From IMG/VR virus record IMGVR_UViG_3300020178_000002, positions 1-64,000 of that record: DNA of 64,000 bases. One strand, written 5' to 3'. A model generated the notes under the pieces. The model was not told the origin of the DNA and searched no databases. It was given only the letters and a program-made list of their open reading frames with translations. Below are positions 26,818 to 37,800 of this stretch, one piece after another. Every line of letters starts with the position of its first letter. Positions within the stretch are counted from its first letter, which is position 1. The position numbers were made by a program, and so were the translations under genes.

Positions 26818-27558
26818 ATGAAGAATTTAAATAACCTTGAAGAAAGAGTATCAAACCTAGAGAAGAAGTCTGCTCGTAAGAGAAAGACTATCGGAGATAC
26901 AGTTAAGGACCTAGAGTTCCTAAGATCTGCACACCCAGATAATCTTAGTGCCTCTGAGCTAACTAGAATAGTTAAAGATAGAAGAATCTCTAAAGAGTTG
27001 AAAGCAGCGATTAGAAGTTATGTTAAAACTCAAGCTAAATATTTTGAGCTTCGTGATAAGAGACTAGATCTTTCTCGTTTAATTAAGGGTCTCTCTAGAA
27101 CAGAGAAAGAAACAGTAGCATTAGCCTATTCTGACAAAATGGATCTGATAGTAGAGAAACTTACCTCTGCTATTAAGCAGACTACTTTGACTTATAATGG
27201 GAAGAAGTTAAGTCCTGGTATCCATGTAGAAAAGACAGAGAATGGTCAAAATAATGGTGTGTTCGACAATAGAAAATTCAGAGTCAAGTTTATTTTTAAG
27301 CCTTATGACTTTGCACACTATATCTTTGCTGTCTATCCAAATAGGCATGTCAGGACAAAGGTATTGCCTAATGGCTTTGACCAAGACGATTTCTTTTCAA
27401 AGCTATCTGATGCCTTTGGGAAAAGTATTGAGAGACACCTGCCAGGTTTTACTTCGATAATAAGTAGTTATGACCTTGTAAACGCAAACTATCATGGCAA
27501 TGGTGTGTTAGATATTACAGTTGATGGATTAATCCATTACATAGAGAAGAAGAAATAA
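26818..27558 (+). CDS. leader-family protein
   Basis: MKNLNNLEERVSNLEKKSA. Confidence 0.75.
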   Translation: MKNLNNLEERVSNLEKKSARKRKTIGDTVKDLEFLRSAHPDNLSASELTRIVKDRRISKELKAAIRSYVKTQAKYFELRDKRLDLSRLIKGLSRTEKETVALAYSDKMDLIVEKLTSAIKQTTLTYNGKKLSPGIHVEKTENGQNNGVFDNRKFRVKFIFKPYDFAHYIFAVYPNRHVRTKVLPNGFDQDDFFSKLSDAFGKSIERHLPGFTSIISSYDLVNANYHGNGVLDITVDGLIHYIEKKK

Positions 27559-27559
27559 A

Positions 27560-28828
27560 ATGGCTAATCCAATACATGTAGAAAAAGCCTTAAGTGGTGA
27601 GAAGGATCTAAGAAACCTAGACCTGTCTGGTGCTAATTTAAAAGGAGCTGAACTTACAGGAGTTGACCTAAGAGGTTCTAACCTTAAAGGAACTAACCTT
27701 AAAAATGCTGAATTGGCAGGCTCTGATTTCAGAGGTTGCACCTTTGACAAAAATACTAAGCTAATTATGGCTCGGTTAAGCGATTCAGACTTTAGAGGTG
27801 TTAACTTCAATGGTTTAACTCTCTTTTATCTTGTCACAGTAAGGTCTGATTTTTCTGGTGCTAGTTTTGTGGGGTGTACAATAGATATTTTCAAATCAGA
27901 AAAAGCTAACTTTACAGGTGCAGACTTTACAGGTGCTACTCTGAAGGATACAGACTTTACAGAAGCTAATCTTTCAAAGGCTAAGTTTGTAAGAGCAAAT
28001 CTTAAACTCGCTAGCCTAGGAGGTGCTAACATAACAGATGCAGACTTCACTAAGGCTGATCTTAGTGGTGTATTTTTCAGGAAAGTTGATTTAAGTACAG
28101 CAGCTTCCTTTTCTGGTGCTACGTTTGTTAATGCTAAGATGCCTCATGCTAAACTCAAAGACATGGATCTTTCCAATGTAGATTTCACAGGTGTAGACCT
28201 CTTTGGTGCAGATTTGTCTGGTTCTATTCTCAGAGGTTGTTTGTTTGAGAGCACAGAAGCTAATCGGGCTCTCTTTCATGGGTCTATTTTAGAAGAAGCT
28301 ATCTTTTTATATAGTAAAATTAGCGGTTGTAGTTTTATGAATGCAAAAGTTAAAGGTGCTAGCTTCACAAAGTGTAATCTGAATAGATCAGGCTTTCATG
28401 GATCAGACTTAACTGGTGTCTCCTTTGATGGTGGAGATCTTATCTTTTGTGGGTTTGTTAATACTGAGATTAAAGGTGCAACTTTCAAGAATGTTGATTT
28501 AAGATACTCTGACTTCTACAAAGCAACAGGAGAAAAATCTGCTACCTTCTCAAAAGTGGAAGCACAGAAAATCAAAGCTGGTGATGTTCTTACTAGTCAA
28601 CACCCTAACATGAGAGACACTGAGTTGGATGTTATTAAAGTAACTCCAAAGATGCTTTTAGTAGCTCTCAATTTAGGGGATCTAGGCATTAAGACTTATA
28701 GGAAGAAGAGGAAATTGGGTCTTGTTCGAGTAGGTGATAACACTACTTACTACGCTGAGTATGTGGATTATAATAAATACAAAGTCACAAGTGTTAAAGC
28801 ATATGATACATGGAGCTTATTAAGTTAG
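27560..28828 (+). CDS. long pentapeptide repeat protein
   Basis: Over 300 aa of A(D/N)(L/F)xx repeats plus a C-terminal non-repeat domain. Confidence 0.92.
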   Translation: MANPIHVEKALSGEKDLRNLDLSGANLKGAELTGVDLRGSNLKGTNLKNAELAGSDFRGCTFDKNTKLIMARLSDSDFRGVNFNGLTLFYLVTVRSDFSGASFVGCTIDIFKSEKANFTGADFTGATLKDTDFTEANLSKAKFVRANLKLASLGGANITDADFTKADLSGVFFRKVDLSTAASFSGATFVNAKMPHAKLKDMDLSNVDFTGVDLFGADLSGSILRGCLFESTEANRALFHGSILEEAIFLYSKISGCSFMNAKVKGASFTKCNLNRSGFHGSDLTGVSFDGGDLIFCGFVNTEIKGATFKNVDLRYSDFYKATGEKSATFSKVEAQKIKAGDVLTSQHPNMRDTELDVIKVTPKMLLVALNLGDLGIKTYRKKRKLGLVRVGDNTTYYAEYVDYNKYKVTSVKAYDTWSLLS

Positions 28829-28899
28829 TTTTTTTTTAAAACCCCCTGACTAGTTATTGATAATAAGAGTAATTAGTCTAATAAAGAAAGGGGGTTACT

Positions 28900-30426
28900 A
28901 TGAACAACTATTATGTTACAACACCTATATATTATGTGAACGACACACCTCATATAGGTCATGCTTATACAACAATAATAGCAGACACATTAGCTCGTTG
29001 GGAAAAGATTAAAGGTAATGATACTTACTTTTTAACAGGAACTGATGAGCATGGTTTAAAGATTGAACAGTCTGCTAAAAATAAAGGTGTGTCTCCACAA
29101 GAATTAGTAGATGATGTCTCACAGAGCTTTCGAGATCTTTGTTTAAAAGTAGATAGTTCTCCTAATGACTTTATCCGTACAACTGAATCTCGACACAAAG
29201 AAGTTGTTAAAGATCTCTGGCTTAAGCTAGTAGAATCAGGTGACATTTACTTAGGAGAGTATTCAGGTTGGTATAGCGTTAATGATGAGGCTTATTTCAC
29301 AGAAGATGAAATAGTTGATGGTAAAGCACCCTCTGGTCACAAAGTTGAATGGTTAGTAGAAAAATCTTATTTCTTTAGACTTTCTAAGTACACGGATTTG
29401 CTTCTCAATCACTTTGATGAGAACCCAGACTTTATCCAGCCAAAGAAAAGACTGAATGAAGTTAGAAGTTTTGTTAAGCAAGGGTTAAAAGACATTTCTA
29501 TATCAAGAAGCACATTTTCTTGGGGTATAGAAGTTCCAGAAGACCCTGAGCATGTAATCTATGTGTGGCTTGATGCTTTAGCTAACTACATTAGTGGTTT
29601 GGGTGGTTTCGAGGGTTCTCTTTTCGAGAAGTATTGGGGAAACTCACACCATATCATTGGGAAAGATATTCTCCGATTCCATGCTGTGTATCTCCCCTGC
29701 TTCTTACTTAGCGTTGGTGAAGATCTTCCAAAGAAGATTATTGCACATGGCTGGTGGACAGCAGAGGGTGAAAAGATTAGCAAGAGCAAGGGGAATGCCA
29801 TTGACCCTAATAAAGTAATTGATGCAATAGGAAGTGATTCCTTTAGGTATTTCTTACTACGAGAGATCTCATTAGGTTCTGATGGAGACTTTAGCTATAA
29901 CTCATTAGTTTCTAGAATAAACTCTGACCTCTCTAATGAATATGGGAATCTTGTTAGTAGAACGCTAGGCTTACTTAAGAAGTATAGAGCCTCTAAGATA
30001 CCAGAGTCCTATGAGCTAGGGCTAGATGAGGTAGAATTGCTCAAGGTGATTAACTCTTCAAAGAGTGAATTAGAGCTTGCCTTTGACAACTACCGCTTAA
30101 ATGATGCTTTGAAAGCAATCTGGAAAGTGGTTAAGGCAGGCAATAAGTATGTGAACGACACAGCACCTTGGGTTCTCTACAAAGAGGGTAAAGATAAAGA
30201 CCTAGATAGGGTTTTATACACTCTTGTAGAGCTCTTAAGAGTCATTGGTATTTGGACTTCTCCTTTCTTGCCAACTTCTTCAAAGAAGCTTTTAGATAGT
30301 CTTGGAGTGGTCAATAGAGATTTCCAATCTTCTATTAAGTGGTTTGTATTAAAGCCCAACACCGAAATCAAAGACTCTTTGCAACTGTTTCCTCGCTTAA
30401 ATCTAAAACCAGAGGACATCAAATAA
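28900..30426 (+). CDS. metG: methionyl-tRNA synthetase (short form)
   Basis: YYVTTPIYYVNDTPHIGHAY, LTGTDEHGLKI, FIRTT, YVWLDAL.NY, IGKDILRFH, KISKSKGN, anticodon domain with APW. Confidence 0.97.
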   Translation: MNNYYVTTPIYYVNDTPHIGHAYTTIIADTLARWEKIKGNDTYFLTGTDEHGLKIEQSAKNKGVSPQELVDDVSQSFRDLCLKVDSSPNDFIRTTESRHKEVVKDLWLKLVESGDIYLGEYSGWYSVNDEAYFTEDEIVDGKAPSGHKVEWLVEKSYFFRLSKYTDLLLNHFDENPDFIQPKKRLNEVRSFVKQGLKDISISRSTFSWGIEVPEDPEHVIYVWLDALANYISGLGGFEGSLFEKYWGNSHHIIGKDILRFHAVYLPCFLLSVGEDLPKKIIAHGWWTAEGEKISKSKGNAIDPNKVIDAIGSDSFRYFLLREISLGSDGDFSYNSLVSRINSDLSNEYGNLVSRTLGLLKKYRASKIPESYELGLDEVELLKVINSSKSELELAFDNYRLNDALKAIWKVVKAGNKYVNDTAPWVLYKEGKDKDLDRVLYTLVELLRVIGIWTSPFLPTSSKKLLDSLGVVNRDFQSSIKWFVLKPNTEIKDSLQLFPRLNLKPEDIK

Positions 30427-30466
30427 AAAAAAGACTCATATTGTTTATGATATGGGTCTTTTTTTT
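30425..30466. terminator. probably bidirectional intrinsic terminator
   Basis: A-run, agactcatat / atatgggtct stem, T-run. Confidence 0.8.
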
Positions 30467-30494
30467 GCTTAGGGAGATTTATATATCTTCTATT

Positions 30495-30537
30495 AACCTC
30501 AATGTCTGTGAGATAATATTTACAGAACATTGAGGTT
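30495..30537 (+). promoter_or_regulatory. RBS-sequestering hairpin ahead of the baseplate operon
   Basis: aacctcaatgt / acattgaggtt (11-bp perfect) plus inner ctgtga / ttacag; covers GAGG. Confidence 0.7.
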
Positions 30538-30543
30538 TTTTTT

Positions 30544-31578
30544 ATGAGCTATGATTTACACATAGCCCACGCTTGCCCTCACCATATTAGGTATGAGCGA
30601 GTTGGGATAACAAACGGCAGATTAGTTTCTCCCAGATCACCTATTGGAGGTGTTGGTCTTCTTGAGATAAGAAGAGATGGTGTTCTTCTTAATAAAGAGG
30701 GCAACTTGAGAGAAGCTTTTACTGTTGCCCCTCAATCCTCTCCCTATAGGATAAGGCAAGGTAAGAATGTTCTTGGTATAAGGACTTCAAATGGGGATGA
30801 CTACCAAATCACTATCCCTTCTAAGATATATCAGGCAGAAGCTCTTGCCACATATCTCAAACCAAAGCTGAAAGATGTTATAGTTAGCCTGGAAAGAAAA
30901 AGCTTAAAGTTTTCAGATAACCTTGTGGGCTTTAATTTTACTCTATATGGCAGCGTACTTAAATCTTTAGGATATGCTAAAGAAAAAGAAGTTGTTAAAA
31001 GTAAAAGAATCACACCACCTTGGTCATTAGTTAAAAGACTGAATGGCTATGACGTTCTTTTTTCAAAAGACCTATCTCCAGAGGGTCTTTTAGACATTTC
31101 TTACACAACACTTAAAGAGTTCTGTAGACGCTGCAACAGCACAGGAGTAGAGAACGACATAAGGTGGAATGATCAAGGAGAGATGGGTATTCTAGGCGGT
31201 ACTGACTTACTTTATCAGAATGTTGCTAAGTCAATACTAACAGAGATAGGTTCAAACCCATACCACAGCTTTTATGGGTCAAACGCTTTAAGCCTTATAG
31301 GTCGTAAAGTCAACTCTGGAACAGCCATGTCTTTAAGGGAGAGTGTGAATAGCTCTTTAAATAAGTTAATCAGTGTTCAGAGGCTTCAAAGAGAGTCTCA
31401 AGATCTTTCAGCAGAGGAAAAGATTTTGGGTGTTGAGTCTATAACAGTCTCACAAATTGACAATGATCAGACTTCCCTACTTTGCAATGTTGTAGTTAGA
31501 AGTGGTGCAGGCCAGCCTGTTAGTGTAAATGTAATCTTCTCTGTTCCTGGTTCAACATCTCTTAATGGAGACTTATAA
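30544..31578 (+). CDS. baseplate wedge protein (gp25/W-like C-terminus)
   Basis: LYQNVAKSILTEIGSNPYH..YGS..LIG...EKILGVESITV; directly upstream of the J-like gene. Confidence 0.65.
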   Translation: MSYDLHIAHACPHHIRYERVGITNGRLVSPRSPIGGVGLLEIRRDGVLLNKEGNLREAFTVAPQSSPYRIRQGKNVLGIRTSNGDDYQITIPSKIYQAEALATYLKPKLKDVIVSLERKSLKFSDNLVGFNFTLYGSVLKSLGYAKEKEVVKSKRITPPWSLVKRLNGYDVLFSKDLSPEGLLDISYTTLKEFCRRCNSTGVENDIRWNDQGEMGILGGTDLLYQNVAKSILTEIGSNPYHSFYGSNALSLIGRKVNSGTAMSLRESVNSSLNKLISVQRLQRESQDLSAEEKILGVESITVSQIDNDQTSLLCNVVVRSGAGQPVSVNVIFSVPGSTSLNGDL

Positions 31579-31580
31579 AG

Positions 31581-34500
31581 ATGAGTTCTTTTAAAATAAC
31601 AAGACCTGATGGTGTTTCAATTTCGACAAACTTAACCTACTCTGTCACAGAAGATGAAGTTAAGATATATGGTCTGATTGATGGATACTCTAAAATAGAA
31701 GCTTCTTATGAGTCCATAGAGTTTACCTCTGAAGGTGCTGAAGCCGATATAGATATCAATCAAGATGGTACTTGGGTATTTCCTAATACCACAGAAGGTT
31801 TAGATATAAGCCAAGGATCTAACTCTTTTACTTTCATAGCTTCCGACAACTCGGGCAACAGTACTCGACTTGAGCTTATTCTTGTTTTAGCAAATGATGA
31901 CTTAGCTGAATCACCAAGCTCTCCTACTGACATTAGAGTAGAAAGAGGGGGTGATAAGGTTGATGTGTCTTGGGTTCATTCAGACTCTAATGTCAACTAC
32001 TATAATCTATATGCCTCTACATCTTCTGGTGGTGGAGAATTGGGTTATGTTAGAGTAAATGCCTTGCCCATAGATGTTGTCTCTTATGGAGAGAGTAAAG
32101 AAAAAGTAAGCTTGATCTCTCAAGTAGTTTCAGATGTTAATACTATTGAAGAAGACCCTTTAATAGTTGAACTTAACCTTAGTCAGAATGATAGCTCAAC
32201 AACCACAATAGGTTCTTTAGAGATTCCAGAGAATGTAAAGAGGTTAAGGGTAGAAAGTAATGTTAGTTCTACTGAGTTAGAGACAAGGGTTTCTTTTTCT
32301 CACAACAGAAGTGCAGACCTGACTTCTACTCCCCCTACGATCCCTTTAGGTGCTTTTAACATTCTCCCCAGAACTGAACCTCTTTATTATGTTGTGACCT
32401 CAGTCAACTTTATTGATGGTGTTGAAAGAGAGTCTGTTTTTAGTGTGGAAGTTCCAGGTTTGCCCATAGACATTGAAGCATCTAACTTAGGTTTGCCCAC
32501 AGTGTCAGATGAAGTTTTAACAAATGAGTTGATTGCATCTATTTACGAGGCAGACCCCTCTGCGAGTGTTCATGCAGGCTCTGCGGTAAGAGATCTCTTT
32601 GTAGACCCTGTGGTGTCTGAAATATCCAGAGTCCGATTTATGGTAGACTTTTCTTATAGGTCTACTAACTTTATAAGCCTTTTAGGTATAGATGACCCTT
32701 TGAATACAGGGATTTCAATAAGTGTAGCTTCTTCTAGCTACAAGCAAACTTTAAAGGAAGCTCTATTTTTAGATAATGATTTTCAGGTTCAAACTTTGAT
32801 AGACCAATGTTTTGAACGTCTTGCTTCTAACTTAGGGATTAAGAGAAGAGAGGGTACAAAGTCAAGGGGCGAGGTCACGTTCTATACTTCTTCTACCCCT
32901 ACTTTTGATCTTGAAGTTTCAAGAGGTGAGATTATCTCCTCTGGTTCTGTTTCTTTCAGGACTGTAGACTCTGTGACTATCCCTTCAGACAGCTCTGCTA
33001 GCTATTATAATCCTTTAACAAAAAGGTATGAAATAAAGGTCTTAGTAGAGGCTCTTGAAGTAGGTTCTTCTGGAAACCTTTCTTCTGACAAGATTACACA
33101 AGGAGCACCTTTAGGTTTAAGAGTGACAAACAAAGCTCCAACTTTTGGTGGCCTCAATAGAGAAACAAATAGAGACTTAGCTTCTCGAGCTTTATCTTAT
33201 ATCTCATCTGTGGACAATGGAACAAAGGCTGGTTATGAAAGAATAGCTAGAGAGTCTGCTGGTGTGGAAAGTTATTCAATTATAGGTGCTGGCCATGAAT
33301 ATATGGTTAGAGATGGTGGTTTAGGAGGAAAGGTTGACATTTGGGTTCGAGGAGAGGTTTTAAATGAGGTGACTGATGTTTATGCACCCTCTTATAAGTC
33401 AGTAAGAGGGGCTCGGTTTACACCTCTTTATTCTGAAGGGTCGTATGTGTTTTTAGCAACGACAGCAACCAATGCTGATCCTTTGTTTGCTATGATTGAT
33501 CGAGAAGATAAGTTTGGGCTAAAGAACCAGACCTCTGGTGAGTTCTTTGATCTTACAAATGCGACAATCACAGAGGGTAGGGTTATTACTTTAGACTCTA
33601 GTTTAGATCAGCCCACATATCGCTTAACAGATATAATCTTAGGTGATTATAGAACAGATGTCTCAAGTCAGGTTGTCTTAGATAGACAGCCTGTGAGGTC
33701 TATTGCTTCTATAGCTACAAGTTCTGGTGTAGAGATCACCGACTATACTTTTTATAAGAGTGAAGATCCTTTAGTCTTAGGTCAATCTACCAAATCTTCA
33801 GACTATGTAGTTCTTGGCAATAATGGTGAGGAAAAGATTATAGAAGTTCTTGAAGAAGAAGTTACTTTTAATGGTCTTTATCCAGAGCCTCTTTCAAATA
33901 AGGGTGTAGATATATCCTCTGTAAGGGTTTACAATCCTTTAAACTCAGTAGATTTCACAAATCAATTAACTTCAAGCACTCCAGACTATAACATTTACAC
34001 AGAGAGTAATGGCTTAACTTACATTCAAAGAACATCTTCTTCTTCAATAGGAACTTCTGATACTGTGTCAGTCGATTATGAGCATCTTGAGAACATTGTT
34101 GTTTCTTACACAACAAATCTTGTTTTAACAAACTTGCAGAGTGTTGTTGACGAAGAAAAGCATATGGGTGCAGATGTTCTTGTTAAAGAAATCACACCCT
34201 CTCCTGTGGATGTAAAAGCTTTAGTTTACATTGATCGTGGAGAAGACCCCTCTTTGGTAGATAATTCAATTAGAGCCAATTTAACTATTAGAATAGAGTC
34301 AGAGGGTCAAGGGGGTAGGATTTATCCTTCAGATATAATCCGAGAGATAGATTCTGTTGTTGGTGTTTCTCATATAGAAATGCCTTTACTTCAACTAAGT
34401 TTAGCAGAGGGTACATTAGTTTTAAGGGAAGAAGTTTTAACAACAGTACCTACACTCATACCAGAGATTTCATTATCAGGGCATCAGGTTTGGGTTTGTG

Positions 34501-34871
34501 ATATTCCTTTAAAGCATATCCCAGCGTTGAATGGTGGTGATGGTGCTAGGCTGTTCTTAGATGGTGTTGAGTACCCTTTATTAAGTAGATCTCAAAGACA
34601 AACCATTTCAAATTGGAATGAGACTATAGGCTCTATAATAGGAACAGAAGGTATGTACCTGAATATAGATGGGTCACTTGCAGCTATCTCTGACACAAAC
34701 CAAAAGCTGGTCATATCCTTACCTCAAGGAAAGGTCACTTCTGACTATAAGATTGAAATAAACTACAGGGTAGGAGACTCCACAGGGTATGTTAATTCAA
34801 TTGTTCTAAATGACTTTTCTTATTTAACTAGTGGAGACTTTAGCTTTACTTATGAGGAGACTGATAGATGA
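31581..34871 (+). CDS. baseplate J-like protein with FN3-like N-terminal region
   Basis: GSAVRDLFVDP, LASNLGIKRR.G.KSRGEVTF, VEALEVGSSGN, VTN..PTFGG..RETN..LA.R, GKVDIWV. Confidence 0.85.
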   Translation: MSSFKITRPDGVSISTNLTYSVTEDEVKIYGLIDGYSKIEASYESIEFTSEGAEADIDINQDGTWVFPNTTEGLDISQGSNSFTFIASDNSGNSTRLELILVLANDDLAESPSSPTDIRVERGGDKVDVSWVHSDSNVNYYNLYASTSSGGGELGYVRVNALPIDVVSYGESKEKVSLISQVVSDVNTIEEDPLIVELNLSQNDSSTTTIGSLEIPENVKRLRVESNVSSTELETRVSFSHNRSADLTSTPPTIPLGAFNILPRTEPLYYVVTSVNFIDGVERESVFSVEVPGLPIDIEASNLGLPTVSDEVLTNELIASIYEADPSASVHAGSAVRDLFVDPVVSEISRVRFMVDFSYRSTNFISLLGIDDPLNTGISISVASSSYKQTLKEALFLDNDFQVQTLIDQCFERLASNLGIKRREGTKSRGEVTFYTSSTPTFDLEVSRGEIISSGSVSFRTVDSVTIPSDSSASYYNPLTKRYEIKVLVEALEVGSSGNLSSDKITQGAPLGLRVTNKAPTFGGLNRETNRDLASRALSYISSVDNGTKAGYERIARESAGVESYSIIGAGHEYMVRDGGLGGKVDIWVRGEVLNEVTDVYAPSYKSVRGARFTPLYSEGSYVFLATTATNADPLFAMIDREDKFGLKNQTSGEFFDLTNATITEGRVITLDSSLDQPTYRLTDIILGDYRTDVSSQVVLDRQPVRSIASIATSSGVEITDYTFYKSEDPLVLGQSTKSSDYVVLGNNGEEKIIEVLEEEVTFNGLYPEPLSNKGVDISSVRVYNPLNSVDFTNQLTSSTPDYNIYTESNGLTYIQRTSSSSIGTSDTVSVDYEHLENIVVSYTTNLVLTNLQSVVDEEKHMGADVLVKEITPSPVDVKALVYIDRGEDPSLVDNSIRANLTIRIESEGQGGRIYPSDIIREIDSVVGVSHIEMPLLQLSLAEGTLVLREEVLTTVPTLIPEISLSGHQVWVCDIPLKHIPALNGGDGARLFLDGVEYPLLSRSQRQTISNWNETIGSIIGTEGMYLNIDGSLAAISDTNQKLVISLPQGKVTSDYKIEINYRVGDSTGYVNSIVLNDFSYLTSGDFSFTYEETDR

Positions 34872-37800
34872 TTTTTGACTATGACCCTCGATTAGAAAGA
34901 GAAACAGTCTCTTCTGAATCTTCTTCTTATAGGTTGCTAAAAGACATACTCACAGAGCAAATTGTAGACTCTATGAGTAATGGCACAGCTTCTAACTATA
35001 TTACAAATTCTTATGGCTCTAACCATAGAATATTGTATGAGGGTGTAGCTAGTTTAATTGCTGATCTTATTTTAAAGTCTGCTGATGGCATTGAAGATAA
35101 TGAGTACTCACAACTGAGAGCAGAGTATGTTTCAACTCGATTGCTTTATTCAGTTTTTCCAGATGAAGACTCTGTGCCTACTAGCCAAAATGTAGGTGAG
35201 GTCATAAATATGCTCTTACAGACTTATGAAGCTCTTTTAGAGGGGGCTACAAAGAAGTCTATTGATGAAGCCCTTAATGATATATTTAATAGGTCAACAG
35301 TCACTACAGAAGTAGAGAACTATATTGCTAATATAACCACTTCTATATTAGCTACTACAGAGTTTAATACAGATGGTATTGTCTCTGAACACAAACACCA
35401 TGCCTTTACCAAAAGTGCTGGTTATGGTTCGACTTTAAAACCTATTGGTTATCGCTGGGGTGATGATCTACATACACATGAAATCATAGATGGTGAAATA
35501 CAGCCTCATACTGACGCTGATGGTGTTTCTCACACACATGAGATATACTTTGGTCTACCAGAGAATGTAATGCTCTTACAGAGCAATCTGAGGAAGATTT
35601 TTGAAGTAATTAAACCCTCACATATAAAAACAGGTGAGATCACATCTATCTTAGAAGAACCAAGTAGCCTTTCTCCCACAATAGAAGACGAAATCAATGG
35701 CCTTGATTCTGTGTTCTTGGGCTTGGGTTCTATCTACCAAGAAGATATGAGAAAAGGAAGAGATGGGGTTTGGGAAGATGAGCTTTATGGCTATGTGTCT
35801 GGAAAAGAGATAAGGTTTTGGAGACATCCTTTAAATGTTGCCGACAATGTAGTTGCAATATGGGAAGAAATAGACCCAAACACCCAACAAACTATTGTAA
35901 AGACCCAGAAGTTGAGGGTTATTTCTACTTTCGAAGAGTCCCCAGCAAACCAAACAGCATTTAATCAAGGAGAGACTCTATCTTTTGTTAGAGAAGTTGC
36001 CTCTGCCTCCAACTATGCAGAACAGGTAAGAATACAAAGTGGCTCTTTACTCCCACCAGGTCAAGGTGAAGTAGGGTTGATAAACCTTTCTTTTGCAGAT
36101 GATGGAGAGCCTTTACTGTATAGTGGTGATAGTAAAGTATACTATCCAACAATAACAGGATATGAGGGAGAAGAAGTTCAGCCTGCAACTAAGCCTTATG
36201 GTGACAGAGTAAGGCTTTCTTCATTTGTTGTAAGGGTAGATGCAAACATACAAACAGAAGGCATTACATTATTTAAGTTAGTCTCTTTGCCTTGGTCAGT
36301 TCGTAAAACAAGAGAATACTCTATCGACACTTACATCAATGATGGGGTCGATAGCTTTGTCTTAGATTTACCTTCCTATATCCCAGAGCTTTTACAGAAG
36401 AATCACAGAAATCTCCCAATCATAGGCAGCGACCTTGAAATTAAACTTAATGGTGTCTCACTACAGACACCCTTCTTCCTTGATCTTCGGACAAATCAAG
36501 TTATCTCTCAGCTTCCCGTATTTTCTTTAGGTCAAGAAATTACTTTAACTTATCCCTCTGTGCAAAGCTCTGTTAAGTCTTTTAGGGAGTTGAATAACAC
36601 GAACCTACTTCTAAACTCCATAAGACCTGTTAGGAAAGTAAGTCTTTCAGGTCGAGGTGGAGATTCAAAGAGGGCTTCAAGACCAAGCTTTACTTCTTAT
36701 GTTTTAAATCAAGCTAGTCCTGTAAGACCTTTGACTCTTTCCGAAAGGAAGATTAGTTATTCTGTTTCGACTTCTGACATATTAAACACTTTCAACCAGA
36801 GCTTAAACAGCTCTTTTGTTTTAAACAGAGGATCTTTCACCTTAAATCTCTCACAAGATCAGGTTTTTGCTCCTGCGGTTAAGACAATAACTTTAACAAG
36901 TGGTGAGGTGGCTTTTTCTCAATTAGGCTACATCCCTTCTTTTATAACTTTAGTGGAAGATGACTTAGGCAATAGTTATGACTTCACCTTAAGTAGTTCA
37001 AAGCTAGATATTAAAGGAATAAGCAGCTTTCCAATATCTTTAACAATCCATGCAGTTTCTTCTAGTCCTCTAAACCTTAACCAAACATGGCACAAGGGAG
37101 ATACTTTAGTAGAGGGTCAGGCTTTTGTAGGGTTGAAAGACACATCAACTTTACCTTTCCTTATAGAAAACACCCCAGAAGAGATCATCCAAAACCCTCT
37201 AGGTTTAGGTACTGATGAGGGAGATAGGAACATCTTATCTTCGAGAAAGGTTGATGAGTCTGGGGTGTATGGCGAACTTACATTTTATGAGGACTCAGCA
37301 GTTGAATATGAGATAGATGGTACAGATGGTTTTGCTAATGACTATAATCCAATTCAATATGAAGACACTCTCTTATACCAAGATCCAACTCTTTATATTT
37401 TAGGACCTAGAGTTGAAGTTGAAAGCAATTTAGTAAACACTATCCCAACCTACCTGTTTTTTAATTACTTCTTCTTAAATACTTTCGGTGGTGATGGTCA
37501 TTACTTTTCAATCTACAGGGTGGGTGCTGATGGTGTAAAGTATTACCAGACACTTACTCTGATTGCAGACAGTGGTGGTTTTCTAGCATTAGAAGAGTAT
37601 CCAAATTTACCTGCACCTAATGGGTCTCCTTTAGCTTACCGTTTTAGGGATGATGGCAATGGTGGTGGCTTCAATGTAAACTACACAAATGGTGAGTTTG
37701 CAGATAACTACACAGCAGAAATAAATGCCTCTTTCAACCACATCCCAAACCAGACTTACTTCATAGAGTTATATATGGAAGAAGATGGAGGTGGTGCTGA

